A stretch of DNA of 64,000 nt from Podarcis tiliguerta. Taxonomy: Eukaryota. The notes under the pieces are model-generated. The model did not search any database, had not been told where the DNA came from, and worked only from the letters and a program-made list of their open reading frames with translations. The position numbers and the translations under genes are program-made. The DNA lies in assembly GCA_965153285.1 (NCBI GenBank), contig OZ229111.1, one strand, 5' to 3'. Below are positions 1-13,730 of the stretch, piece after piece; positions within the stretch are counted from its first letter, which is position 1, and the number at the start of each line of letters is the position of its first letter.

Positions 1-464
1 ACAATTAGCATATTGAATGTGAAGTCCCTGGAGGACCAGCTGCTCTTGCACTGTTCTCCAAATCCTTTAAGAGATCCTGCCTGGCGCTGCAGTTTTTCTT
101 TGTTACTCCTCTGAGACAGAGGGGTCTGGCATCCAAGACGGCGCTGATACATCTCCCGTTCCAACCTGTTCCTTCTCAGGCTGCTCTTAATTTCTCCTTC
201 CTATCCGGCAAGCAAAATCACAGTAGGAATGCTCCACTAGAAATTCTAAGAAGGCTGTCGAGGAAGTAGTGGGGTTGGCAAGGTCACTTGAGAGGGGATT
301 GCTGTTCTGCATGCTTAGCATATGGCCCACACGAGGCAAGATATTAAGCTAACAAAGAGGAAATGGTGATAGCCCATTTCATCATTTCCTCCAGAATTAC
401 AGTCCTACAGTTTGCAGAATGAGGCAAAAAAATCTGATAGGATGAATATCACTGCTAGCTGTGG

Positions 465-656
465 TAGAATAATAGAATTATAGAACTGCATAGAACTGCA
501 AGGGACCCTGAAGGTCATCCTAATCCAACCCTCTGCAATGCAGAAATCTCAACTAAAGCATCCATGGCAGATGTCCGTCCAGTCTCTGCTTTAAAATCCC
601 CAAGGAAAGAGAATCCACCATTTTCCCACAGCTCTTACCACTAGAAAGTTCTTCCT
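465..656 (-). mobile_element. CR1 LINE 3' end fragment
   Basis: Reverse complement of ...ggttgga..gatgacc..gggtccctt...ttcta with ATTCTA-type tail repeats. Confidence 0.75.
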
Positions 657-986
657 CCAACCTTCTGCATACGAAGTGTGTGCTCAGAACTGTTTTCACT
701 AATAAAATACATTTTGTATGTCATTGCCACTAATACATGCACTCATATGGGTGCTTTACCTGAGTATATGCTTAAAAAAAAAAATGTATACATTACTTGG
801 CTGCAGAACTGCATTGCAAAATTCAGAGAAGTGTGCATTTCAAAGGATGGTTGTTTTTTGTTTTGTGTGTTACTTGGGAAAGTGTGGGTTTAGCACATTC
901 TCCCCTTTAAACGTGAACTGCCTTGACTTTCTCCTCCATCCCTTGCAGCAGGAGGATGTCTGGAGCTGGGACTGATTCCTCTTTAA

Positions 987-1079
<93 letters not shown>

Positions 1080-2784
1080 TAATAAAGTGCCTAGGAAAAA
1101 CTGTACAACACTTCATCTCTGAGGCTGGCAGGCAACAAGGCTGAGAACCTATCTCTGTCACCGATTAGTTTTGCCTTCAATCTTTTTGTATTGATACACT
1201 ATGCTTCTTGTCATGTAAGCAGGCAGTGTCCAACAACAATACAAAATACAGTGCATATTCGGTGTGGGTGTGTGCGTGCATGTACATATATGCAATATAG
1301 ATACAATAAAATTAAAATCCAAAGACAGTCAGTAGTCCAAATAAAAGCAAGATTCATGATGACAGACATCAAGGGCCAGCAAAGATCAGGGTAAATGAAA
1401 AGTACTGGTGTGTGCCTTGTTTTGGGGTGGAAGTGGAGCCATTGCAGCTGCTCATACACAATATAGGCACAATCTGTGATACAGTGTGACTCTAGGTGAG
1501 GGACTGGGAATTGATGGCTCACGGTCTTCATCTGGCCCATGAAACCTCCTTAACCAGCCCTTCTTGGCCCTCCTCCCTCCTCCTTGATATGGGCAGCTGT
1601 GGTGAGAGCAGCTACAAAAACAGACAAAAACAGACACTGCAACTGCAGTGCCCACTTCCGTCTTCCCTTTTCACCCTGATCTCAGACAAATCTGCTTCCT
1701 TCTCAGCACCGACAGCCTCTGTCTTTCCCTGGTCCTTTCCCAGTGCTTGGGAAATACAGTGGAAAGTGTAAAATGACACTTGCTTTGATGCGATGCCATC
1801 TAACCTCTGCAGAAATGTATCAGGACAAATGCTCATCAAATAACCAGCATTGTATCATTGCTCCAAATAAATTAGGATGCATGCTCAACAAGCAGGTTGC
1901 CCTGAAATGCCCTTAATTGAAATTTTGCCAGCTTTTAATTTGGATAGTGACTCTTGGGCTGGGGTGGAGGGTGATTCTTTGGCTTTGTGAGACAATGGAT
2001 TAAACTAGTAAGATGACGATTGCCATGCAAAGATGCTTACTTGAAAATAGGTCACACCAACTTCAACTGGACTTACTTCTGAGTAAGTAAGCATAGACGT
2101 GCAACCTTAACACCACACACACCCTTACAATCGCCTGGCATATTAGACTATCAGCTTGGTGTGCTTCTTAGCAAACAGCTTTTATTAAGTTTCCTGTATG
2201 CCCAGAACATTATAAACGATTGCTTTATTAGCATCTGCCAAAAACGTAAACAGAGCCATTTCATTTTGCAGACAGCTGTTCTGGCACCTGGTCCTTCATT
2301 TTCTGTTTTCCACATGCCTGCAACATGATGTGTGTGTCTCATCAAGCTGTTGTAGTGAGACCTACCAACATGAGAAAAGTGATCATGAACTTGCCACCCC
2401 ATCTACTGCCATAATTTCTGTGAGAAACTGATCCAGTGGTTTTTGCTCATTAGCTTCTGCAACACTGCATGCTCATAAAGCAACCAGCTTTGCTCTTTTT
2501 TCCTCTCATGGAAGAACCCGAATGCCTCCAATAATGCCCTCCTGTAATAGAGTTTCAATGGCAATCAGATTACAATGGTTATTTCATTTCCCGTCCTGTT
2601 GGTAAGCCTGGCTCCGCAAAGAAAGGCACCGAGCCATTCTTCATGGCTGCTAGCAGGAAAGGGGAAGGGGAAAATAGGAAATGGCAAAAAGATAGCAGTG
2701 CAGACAGGACTCTGCTGGGAAACCTTGCCGCAAGCCATCTCCTGACCCCTTCCAAGGTAATGTGACTGTGTTTCCTCTCTCTAG

Positions 2785-2857
2785 TCACTGCATTCAACAG
2801 ATCCTGGAAGCTGTCTTACATTGCCACCAGATGGGTGTAGTGCACCGGGATTTAAAG
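2785..2857 (+). CDS. CAMK2A: CAMK2A exon 6, (S)[24 protein letters not shown], catalytic HRD loop
   Basis: ctctctag acceptor, AAG|gtaaaa donor, 73 nt, phase-compatible with neighbours. Confidence 0.97.
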
Positions 2858-4648
2858 GTAAAATATTTATAAACTGTAAGACTAAAAGTGTATCCCTTCT
2901 GCAGCCAACTCCTACACCCAGCATACATACCCTGGTTGATTTACTTTGATAGAAAGTAGATGATAGCATATCTTCAATAGAAATAGAATTGTTAAGTGGC
3001 TGAAGTCTGTAGATTACATAAGTCCTAGTTTTCACAGACGTACAGTAGTAAACTGTCGGAGCTGTATGAACTTCTAATTGCATTGGACTGAATACTCCTC
3101 CTCCGAAAACAAATCCCCGTCCATAGAAAACTAGCATATCAGGGAGAAAGCTTGATTAAAATCCTTCTTGCTGATACCTAGCTTTCTGCAAGGAGGGACT
3201 TTTTTTGTACTATGAAGGAACGTTCAATCATGTGAGCCCCCCCCCAGCCTGAAATGATACAGGTGGCCACCTCCAGTTATAAATCTGCCTCCAAATTAAG
3301 CCAGCTGTAAAATGTAAGTGTACCCAAGAATACTTCAAGCCAAAGGTAGGGTTGAAAAGATCTGTCGGTTTTTGTTTTCTCCGTTTCTCATTTTCTCAAT
3401 CTTAAATTCAGTTTCCCACATTTCTGCAGTAGCTCATGAGCCAAATGAGTACCACGTGGCTTGGTCAGAATCTGGCCAAAAGATGCTAGCTGAGGCATAT
3501 CGCCATCCTAGTATTCCACCTCCTACTCCAAATAAGATGTCTTCTCATTTGGACATAGCAGTAAGAGGATTCACAGTCTGTTTTGTGTCTCACTGGAAAA
3601 AACCAAACAAACTGCAAGTAGCTTGTACCTGGGACTCAATAAGAAACCAAGGGGCGTTTTTTTGCTGTTTGCCTTGGGATTACTGAGCCAGCCAGCTGCT
3701 TCCTTGCTGGCGACTGCAATTGTAAGCATGCAACTTGACCATAATTCTCTATAGTGGATGCACTAATAACATGGTTGCTGATTGTGATCTGGGAGTCAGG
3801 CAGCCGAGCAGAGAAGAAAACCTGATCTATGTTTCTTCAATCAGTGCTGTTGGCAATCCTAGGTCCTGAGGTGCAGCTGACAGCCCTGTTAGTACACTGT
3901 TGTCTGCCAAAACAGCCAGCCATATGAGCTACCTCTTCACTAATTAGGGAGTTGTTCTGTCTGTGGGCTGGCTTATTATGGGATGGGAGCTCACCATGCA
4001 TGCAAAATTTTCACAGCATGCATGCCATGTTGTTGGCATCAAATCCCACCCACAGTTTAATCCTTTCCAGGGAAAATCCAGTAAGTTTTTAAAAACCCAT
4101 TTGTGACATGTGAACGTTGGACCATTCTAGGGGAATGCGGGGCCCAGGAAAAATGACACCTTTTGGCTCTCCCCATTGCCCTCATCTCCCTTTTGCCTCT
4201 GCCACCTTCTCTACCACGTCCCTCCCTCCCTTGCTCTAGGAAGGGAGGAGGTGGAGAACCTTCCCAGCTAAGTGGTACCTAACTGGGCTGGCCAGGCAGC
4301 AAGCATGCTGTGACTGCCACCATCAAGTACAGGGCATCCAACATGCAGTACCTGGGGCAGTTGCCCCTAGAGACAGCCCTTCCTGAATGTCCTGTTTCCA
4401 AATCCTTGTCCCCACCTGCAATCACCACCATAGGCGATTCCTTTGCCTGTTGCTTTAAGAAACACACGCTTCATTTCTGTTATTTCGCTCCTTCTTCTCC
4501 CTCCTCCAGAATACACGTCACCCTCTATATTTCTCCCACCTACTGAAGTGCTGCTAAACTCCCTGCTCACACTCATTACCAAGAAAAATGGCCCACGCAG
4601 CCATGTGACAGGGCTCCCGCTAAGTGGCCAGGAGAGAACAGAAGCTGG

Positions 4649-4845
4649 TACATAAGAAGAACCTTGCTGGGTTACACCAAAGGCATCCATAGCTCAACAC
4701 CCTGTTTCCCACAGTGCTAAGCCCATAAATAGGACACAGGCCCCTCCCCTGGTTGTTCCCCACCAATTAGAGTTCAGACAGATACTACTGTTTCTGATCC
4801 TGGAAGCATCATATATAGTGAGCATAACTAGCAGCCATTGGTGAC
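4649..4845 (-). mobile_element. Degenerate CR1-type 3' end (second subfamily); related pieces near 55210-55270 (+), 55970-56180 and 61835-61890
   Basis: cataagaagaaccttgctgg...caaaggc.tcc tail motif shared between copies. Confidence 0.55.
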
Positions 4846-5099
4846 GATAGGCTTCTAGGGGGATTTTTTTGCCCCATGTTGCATCACTTTATACTCGCTT
4901 GGCACTGCAGTTGCCACTCGGTCACCCATTCACTTGGTTTGGAGAGCTCTGAGCATTCCAGTTTTGTTTTCATTCACACTGAAGCACCCTGGGCTTGATG
5001 TTTAGGGCTTGAATGTACAAGTGGAAGTTCAGGAAGCAGTCTCGAGGGAAATAAATAATGTATACCATGCCTTCCCATGGTGAGGGGAGCGGGGTACAT

Positions 5100-5454
5100 A
5101 AAGGTAAAGGTAAAGGGACCCTTGACCATTAGGTCCAGTCGTGGCCGACTCTGGGGTTGCGGCGCTCATCTCGCTTTATTGGCCGAGGGAGCCGGCGTAC
5201 AGCTTCCAGGTCATGTGGCCAGCATGACTAAGCCGCTTCTGGCGAAGCAGAGCAGCACACGGAAACGCCATTTACTTTCCCACTGGAGCGGTATCTATTT
5301 ATCTACTTGCACTTTGATGTGCTTTCAAACTGCTAGGTTGGCAGGAGCAGGGACCAAGCAACGGGAGCTCACTCCGTCACGGGGATTCGAACCGCTGCCC
5401 TTCTGGTCGGCAAGCCCAAGAGGCTCAGTGGTTTAGACCACAGCGCCACCCGCG
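5100..5454 (-). mobile_element. Sauria SINE, near full length
   Basis: (ACCTTT)n tail on the minus strand, BovB-like 3' segment, tRNA-related head with A box (tggcgctgtgg) and B box (ggttcgaatcc). Confidence 0.9.
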
Positions 5455-5719
5455 CTGTGTATCCCACGCCTTCAACAGGGTGTTGAGCTATGGATGGTGA
5501 GAGTAGCAGGGTACATAAGTATCTGCATTTCTGATGAGCATGGGGCAGAGAGAGGAGGGCTGCACCATAAACATGCTTTCTGACCAGCATGGTTATAATT
5601 GAAAATGTGCTGGTGGTATTTTTTAAAGACTCAGAAATTAGAAGAGGGCTAAGCAGATTTAACGGGTACTTCAGAGTTGTGCTTCTGTATGTTTATCCTC
5701 TAACCGATTCCTCCCATAG

Positions 5720-5884
<165 letters not shown>

Positions 5885-6306
5885 TAACGAGGGACTCAAT
5901 TGCTGTGAATATTTTAAGGATCTTCGGACCTTAAGCCCAGTACGTGGTACATATCTGTTGTATAAGCTTTAGAAACCATAAACATGGTGACTATTCTGCT
6001 GCAGAGTAGGTGTATGACAGTGGTTAGTACCTCAGGGAAAAACTCCCAAATAACCACCAACCAAAACATATTCTCCTTTTTTTGAATATTTTAGAACTAT
6101 CACTACACAGAGAGGTGTGTGTGTGGGGGGGGGGTCACAGGTGCTAGGAGTTGTAGTACAGCAACATCTGTAGGACCACAAGTTAGCCACACTTGCCTTA
6201 AGCATGGTCTGTGTTATTTTTCTTCCATGGGTCACTCTGGTTTGGATCACATCAAAGTTATACTTGATATGTGTTGCTTGCCATTAAAGATCTGGAAAGC
6301 TATATA

Positions 6307-6565
6307 CCGTATTTTTTGCTCTATAAGACTCACTTTTCCCCTCCTAAAAAGCAAGGGGAAATGTGTGTGCGTCTTATGGAGCGAATGCAGGCTGCGCAGC
6401 TATCCCAGAAGCCAGAACAGCAAGAGGGATTGCTGCTTTCACTGCGCAGCGATCCCTCTTGCTCTTCTGGCTTCTGAGATTCAGAATATTTGTTTTCTTG
6501 TTTTCCTCCTCCAAAAACTAGGTGCGTCTTGTGGTCTGGTGCGTCTTATAGAGCGAAAAATACGG
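6307..6565. mobile_element. Tc1/mariner(pogo)-type MITE
   Basis: 23-bp TIRs CCGTATTTTTYGCTCTATAAGAC (1 mismatch), TA on both flanks, internal palindrome ~6404-6478. Confidence 0.9.
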
Positions 6566-6737
6566 TAATTGCACTATCCTGTAAATCTGCTAGGTGAGAT
6601 TTCATAATCTCTGTTTTGGTAGTCATGTACAATATGTAGAAGAGAGAGGGGTTCAAAGTAGCACAGCTGTCCGTTCATGTATCATCCTATTAGTCAATAA
6701 AAATATAATGCATGGACCACATTCAGACAATTAGATA

Positions 6738-6853
6738 ATGGAATCTTAGAGTTGGAAGAGACCCAAGGATCCAACCCCCTGAAATGCAGGAATCTCACAT
6801 AAAGCATCCATGGCAGTTGGCCATCCAACCTCTACTTAAAAACCTCTAATGAA
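6738..6853 (-). mobile_element. CR1 LINE 3' end fragment
   Basis: Similar to 465-656 (gagttggaag.gaccc...tccaaccccctg.aatgcaggaatctc). Confidence 0.7.
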
Positions 6854-9434
6854 GTATATAAATGAGCTTCCTACATCTGCACATTTGTTCTTCTCTTCAC
6901 ACAAATGGGCAAACAAACCATGAAGCCGTGGTTAACTGTTGCTTCCCTGTGACCTGGTTCACATGTGATGTTAAGCCAAAGTTTATTAAACTATGTCGTA
7001 GTATTATGTGTGATCCTTGCCCAGTGTCTTAGCCTTGGTTTGTTTACTACCAACAAACCATGATCTGAAGCCATGATTTGTCATCGACCTACAAAACTTT
7101 AACTATGGTTTGGCATTGTGTGTAAACTCAACACCTTTCCTTAACCAGGGTTTGCTTGCCTGCCCCACCCAGGGCACTCGCCAAAATACAAAGGCAGAGT
7201 GAGAGCTTGGGAGAAGCAAGTCATAGTTTGTTTGATTTGTCTGCGGAACAACTTGTGCTTAGCTTGTAGTTTTAAACAAAGCACAGTTTAAATAAACCAT
7301 GGCTTTACATTCTGTGCAAATATGGCATTAGAAGCATAAAGCTATGATTAATGGTTCCCATGAAAGCCAACTTGATCTGGTAGCCACCTTTAAACCTTGG
7401 CTTCCTATACTAGCTTGCTTAGAAGACTTTTGTGTTGTAAAGGGAAGCTATGGTTAACTGCAGCTTCCTGGCTTCTTTCCTTGTACAGCAGGAGTGAAGG
7501 GGCTGGATGGAAGTGAATGAGGCTCTTTCATATCTCAGCTTATTAAGCTTCAGTTTCATAATCGAAATATGGAACAGGGTTGCTGCACTTCTAAATGGGA
7601 TAATGCACCACAATTAATGCAGTGTAAATACATACGGTATTAGATAGGAACATGATAACCTGCAGCATTGTTACAAATGTCTGAGGGGGGCTCCTGTGGG
7701 ATCCACTACACACTCCATCTTCCCGAAACACCTGCCTCCCAGAAAGGAGCAAAATGTTTTGCTAGAAAGCAACAGGCACCAGCCTATCTGTGCCTGAGTA
7801 TGGGTGCAATCATGAAGTTCACTCGGACCAGGAAGCCTTCATTAACTGCAACTGAAGAATCCAGGCATCTCAATTACAGTACAATTTTATTACTAATTAG
7901 GCATGGGAGCACATTTGATGTGGTTGATGCATTTGATTATAATCTTGGCCAATTATAACTAAGAATTTAAGAACCTCTAGGCTAGGAGAAGGAAGGGTCT
8001 GAGAAGTATGGTGATGTGGCATTCAAAGTCCCAGCTTTTTTCTGGCTTGGGTTAAGGAATTCCTTGCCATATGTGTGAGGTCAAGGTGTGGAGAAGAACA
8101 AACACCAATTGTGTTTTCCATGGATTGACATTTGTTTCGATTCAGCGGTAAACAAAAGTCCCATGTTTCCATATATCTGGTCCCTTTGGAACTCCTATAT
8201 GACTGACAGGCAGGCTTGGTAAAAAAATACTGAGAAACGTTCTAGCCCCCTTAGTTCCATAAATAAGCTTTTGGAAACTAAAGGCTGAGAAAGCAAACCC
8301 CCCAAACGGCAATCTGTCATGCTTTGTAAGAGGCTAAGTAAATACATTACTGGAAGAAACAGAACACACCAACCATTTATGGTTTGTTGCCTTTTGTGTA
8401 AAAGGTGTGAGGATTTTGTGTAGCTGAAATATACAAAGCATTTTTAGATCCAGTTGCTCCAATATAGTCTTCAGTTCTAAAAATGCCACCCACCCTGATT
8501 TTGACTACGTAGAGTCCCCTGACTTAACTGAGTTACAATGGCCAATATGTTTAGCCAAACTATATTAGTTCTTCTCCCCTGAGGTTTCTTTTACTGAGTT
8601 AGTGGCATATATTCAATTTGTTTAGCCATTTAATTGCATTTTCTAAAAAGTCTACTTGGGTACTAGATGTGGTTTAATGAACTCACGATAACTTGCAGCT
8701 ATAAATGTAACTTACTGAGGTCGTCATAACTTACATTGCTATTGTATCTTTGAGCTGTAGACATAGGCTGTTAAGGGAATCCATTTATAATTTCTCAAAC
8801 CACAAATACATTTTGGCAGATGCAATTTGTTAGGGGAGGGGGCATAACTCAGTAGCACAGCACAAACCTTTGCATGCAGAAAGTCCCAAAAGGATCTCAG
8901 CAACAAGGCTAGAAGAAATCCTTCTGTTAGCTCAGAAAATGCTGTCCTAGATGGCATAGCAGCCTATTTTCTGAGGGGCAAACTAGGACTGCATAGACAC
9001 ACGGGGAAAACAAACATGTCCATTTTGATTTCTCATTTTACAGTGTTAAACTCAATGCTCCACTTTTCTACATCAGTTTACGATTATTATTATTTTTTAA
9101 TCCTCACAAACGTTCATCAACCTTTTAGTATGGCTTCTGCTATACACATTTTTATATGGGGCAGGTTTAACTTAGTGCAGTGAGTGGTTCGGTGCCTTAG
9201 CAAGCAACCTAACATTCCGCCTTGAAGGCAGGATCTCTCCCATCTGTTCAGACCTCCCCTGGTACCTCCAGGAGCTAGGTGAGGGAGGGAGTGTCTCTGC
9301 CCCCTCTGGAGAGGAAGGGTTAGATCCAGCATAGTGAAAGGCATTGTGGAGGTATCAGAGATAGCTGTGAAGCTGGCCATTGAGTTCTTATGGGGCTGGT
9401 TGGGGGCTCCTCCCCTTTAGACTATTTTCTAAAG

Positions 9435-10018
9435 ATTATTATTATAATTATTATTTATTGAATTTATTTGTTGTTGTTTAGTCGTTCAGTCGTGTCCGAC
9501 TCTTCGTGACCCCATGGACCAGAGCACGCCAGGCACTTCTGTCTTCATTGAATTTATATACCGCCCTATACCCAGGGGGGTCTCAGGGCGGTTCACAGAA
9601 TAAAATCAAGATATAAAACCACAAAATACCTAATGAAAATAAAAACAGCAACCCAATCCCCCCCCCAAAAAAAGAAAGCACATTTTAAAAGGGCCTAGGA
9701 TGTAAATTGGATCAACCAAATGCCTGGTTAAAGAGGAACATTTTTGCCTGACACCTAAAGGTGTATAATGAAGGTGCCAGCGGAACCTCCCTGGGGAGAG
9801 CATTCCACAGACGGGGAGCCACTGCAGAGAAGGCCCATTCTCATGTTGCCACCCTCCTGACTCCTCAAGGAGGAGGCACACAAAGAAGGGCCTCAGAAGA
9901 TGATCTCAGGGTCCAGGTAGGTTCATATGGAAAGAGGCAGTCCTTGAGGTATTGCGGTCCTGAGCTGTATAAGGCTTTATAGGTCAAAACCAGCACTTTG
10001 AATTGGGCCCAGAAACCA
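9435..10018 (-). mobile_element. L2-clade LINE 3' fragment (degenerate), with nested BovB insertion
   Basis: AT-rich tail, ccgccc...gggcgg terminal stem, similarity to 56870-57270 (ttccaca, gagaaggccc, cactttgaattg). Confidence 0.75.
9468..9546 (-). mobile_element. BovB/RTE LINE extreme 3' end (79 bp)
   Basis: (CAA)n tail on minus, agtcgtgtccgactct.gtgaccccatggac motif; flanked by 11-bp TSD ATTGAATTTAT (9457-9467, 9547-9557). Confidence 0.85.
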
Positions 10019-10288
10019 ATATCAGGTTACCACAAGACTACCTACACTTTTCTCTTGTGAGGTTGTGGCAATAGCTCTACAAGCACTGGAAGACTTGAAT
10101 CAGAGATGTTAGGAGTGATTTTCAGCAAAGGTGCTCCAGGATAGCATGTCTCTAGTGCAGAACAAACACCAGGTTTGGTGGGAATATTAGAGAGCAATTC
10201 TCTTTTCCCATTCGACTGATAGCTGCCTTGTGCTTTTTGCTGTAGACTCCGCTGGACCCCATGATGTGTAACTAGCTGCATATTGTAA

Positions 10289-10393
<105 letters not shown>

Positions 10394-12892
10394 TGAGGTT
10401 ATGTTTCGAAAGTGGCTAAACAGGCAAAATAAATCTTTAAGGAATGAGATGGAGGCCGCTGTGATTCTCTCACCATCTTTCATACTGTGCGCAGTCCCTA
10501 GCTTGTTCACAGGGCTTGGTTACCTCTGAGATATGTCAGTGCTGCTGTGTGAACTAGTGTCAGTGGACTGATAAACTCTACAGGAAACAGAATTCTAGTA
10601 GCACATCATGCAAGAGGATGTGAGCATCCTCTGCTGTGGATCAAATGGAAAGCCAGAATTCTTTACCCCCGTGTGAGCCAGTGTGGCTAGAGTGCTGTGT
10701 GACCTTAGAGCAGTCACAGTCTCTCCACACAGCCTAGCTCACAGGATTGTTGTGATGATAAAATAAGGGAATCTCGTTGAAGGGAAATATTTTATGCTGC
10801 ATATTTGAATGCAGTTGTAAAAGCACTGTCATGGCTCCCTCCCCACTTCAGTGCTCCCTCTGATGGGTTGTTGTCCTTAAAACTCTTAGTAAAAATAGCA
10901 AAGCTGTTCTGGTCAATATGACAAACTCATGTATGAATCTGTGACTCCACAATCATGTGTACTAGAGGAAACCATAGAAATGTTTTGCAAGCGATGGGCT
11001 GAAAATCTTACAACCGAAACCCTACTCCTAGGACCTGTGGGAGGAATGGCTAGCTAGCTGAATGAGCTTTTAGCAGCCAGGAAGCATTATGCTACAAAGT
11101 TTATGGATTTATGGGATTAGCATTCACCAGAGAGTAACTTCCACAAGAGCAATTTGGAGATTAAAAATTGTGTTTCTGGATGTTTGTTAACTTGGAGAGT
11201 CCATTATATTCCCCCCTCACCAAAGCATCAAGGAGTCTCTCACTCATTAATCTATTTATCCTCATCATTCTTTTGAGACTCAGGGAAGAGCTCTTATCCA
11301 ATGAGAAAAGGAAACATAGTAAGCCTAAATCACTTGTGTAACCCAAACAAGTAGTTACAGTAGAGCAGAAAGCGAACGCAGGTGGCCTGAATTAAACTTT
11401 ATGAATGGGTGCTATTTCAGATGGAATGTGTTCCTTTCTGGCAAAACACCTGGCTTCCTATGGCATGTGTTTTTTTAAAAAAAATATTTGATGTGAATAA
11501 TGAACCACAAAGATCTTCTGAATGGTAGGAACTGAAACTGTGTCCTGGTGCAATGACTTAACATGCAGTCATCCCCTCAGCAGGGCTACTTCTGAAGAAT
11601 AAGAGTCTTAAGTGGAGTATCAGGCAGTCTCTATGAGAAAGTCTGCTTCTCAACAGTAATGTGTTGCTCATCACACAAGTTCAGTGATTATTTTTTTTTT
11701 AAATCAGGTAGTGCTCTCAAAAAAGGACAAGCCTTCTCATGAGGCCAGATTGTATGTGTATGTTGCCTATTTGGCATGTTGATGCATCAGTGACTCACTT
11801 AATTAAACGTTTTACCTTCAGCCTCATTTTCACAGCACACACATGGAAGGAACAGTTTTTCCTGTGTTGGGTTGCAGAACGTTGTAGGAAACAGATGAGG
11901 AACATACACCTGATGTTACATTTTCATTCCAAAAGAATCTTTGAGCAGGGTCTGATGTGTCTGAATGTTGCATTACTGCTGCTAGCATGCATAACGGTGC
12001 CAATCCTTGCAAAAGTTTGCCAAGGGATTCCCAGATGTTCAGAGTTCAATTCCTATATACAAAAAAACTATTAGAGTGGAAGAAAATTTCCTGGGCAGCA
12101 TATATGCAGTACAGAAAGAGAGGGGGCATTGTGGTGTGTGTTGTTGATAAAGAAATTTCTTCAAAATAATAAATCTCAGACAGTGTTTTGGGTGTCTGAG
12201 ATCAGACATAGGGACCTGATAGTGTGTAAGAGAACAGGTAGAAATGGTAGGTGAGAAATAGGAATTCTTCCTTCTCCTACCCAAGTTCAGCTCTATGAAC
12301 TGATATGGAGGAAAGACTGGGCTTAAACAAGCCCACAGAGCAGACTGCAGTGTTGCAGTTCCTGGATGTTGTTACTTAGCTAGGATGGATGCTGTTCTAG
12401 ACACTTGACAAGATACTTTTTACTAACTGGATTCAGGGTATCTGACAATTAAGTGGCAAGTGATTTCTTTGTTTGGGACAGAGGGTGCTTCCCTCAGATA
12501 ACAACTGGACAAGAAATGGCTTCCTCAAAGCATAGGATTTTTTGCAGTAAGGAAAGTGACAGGGAAACACACTGAAAAAAATGTGTGTTAACACTTGCTT
12601 TGACTCTAACCTACCCACAAGTTAATGAGTGAAAGCTAATTAAATAGCCAGTTGCTCAATGAGCTGGTTTCTTTTGTTAGTGCCCCCTGTCAGGCAGGTT
12701 CTGATGCTAACTGACGACTCAGCCTGAACTATAAAAATGCTCCTACTTATCATTGACAATTTAGACAAGAAGGAGCCTTTTCACATCCTCTTCAGTTTTG
12801 AGTCTCACAGACAGTGTAGGCCTGCTGCTCCAGGCTTCTGAGTCACTGAACTAACCCCTTTTCCCACCTGTGCGTGGCTGGAGCTTACATAA

Positions 12893-13078
<186 letters not shown>

Positions 13079-13149
13079 TGAAGAGTTCTCAACTCCCGCT
13101 TTGTTTTGTACACACAGAGAGACAGAGCACCAGGTCTGAAAGCTTATTT

Positions 13150-13300
13150 GAGAACCAATGTGGTGAAGTGGTTAGTAGGTTGGACTCTGAGACCTGGACT
13201 CAAATCTCTATTCACCAGTGATGCTCCCTGAGTGAACTTGGGCCAGTCTCAGTCTCTTGGCCTAACCTACCTCACAAGTTTGTTGTGAGGAAAAAAATAC
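13150..13300 (+). mobile_element. MIR-like/CORE tRNA-derived SINE (old); a shorter related copy at ~10675-10770
   Basis: tggt..agtggttag head, ttgggccagtc..tctct..gcctaacctacctcaca...ttgttgtgagga core. Confidence 0.65.
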
Positions 13301-13344
13301 AGTGAGCTAAGTGGGGATATTCCTTTTTCTTTTTTTTAAAGGAA

Positions 13345-13730
13345 ATAATTTGTATCTATTTATTTCATGGGTTTGTATATGACCCTTTCAGCAATTGGTT
13401 TACAACAGTAAAGAAAGAAAGAAATCAGAAAAAGCCAATTAAAGCACAGGCCCCCCCTAATAAATAAAAGCAGAGGTTTAAATGGTTAAAACTCAAAGCT
13501 TTAAAAGCTTGGGAGAATAAAAAGGTATTTTCCTGTTGTTGAAAAGACAGCCAGGTGAGAGTCTCTGGGGAAAGGATTTCCATAACTAAGTGACAATTAA
13601 AATATCCCTTTCTTTGGTTGCAACTTCCCTCACTTCAGGAACACCCTTGCTGACCTCAATGTGCAGGCAAGCTTATGCAGCAACAGGTTTTCTTCAGGTA
13701 CCTGATCCCAAGGCATGCAGGGCTTTTGAT
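13345..13730 (-). mobile_element. Old L2-like LINE 3' fragment
   Basis: Degenerate similarity to the other L2 copies (aaagcttgg..aa.aaaaaggt.ttt, ttcca, ttcttcaggta...gggcttt). Confidence 0.45.

Noticed and set aside
5077-5436. 119-aa ORF and similar short ORFs across the window
   Set aside because: They overlap SINE/MITE sequence or introns and show no protein family signal.
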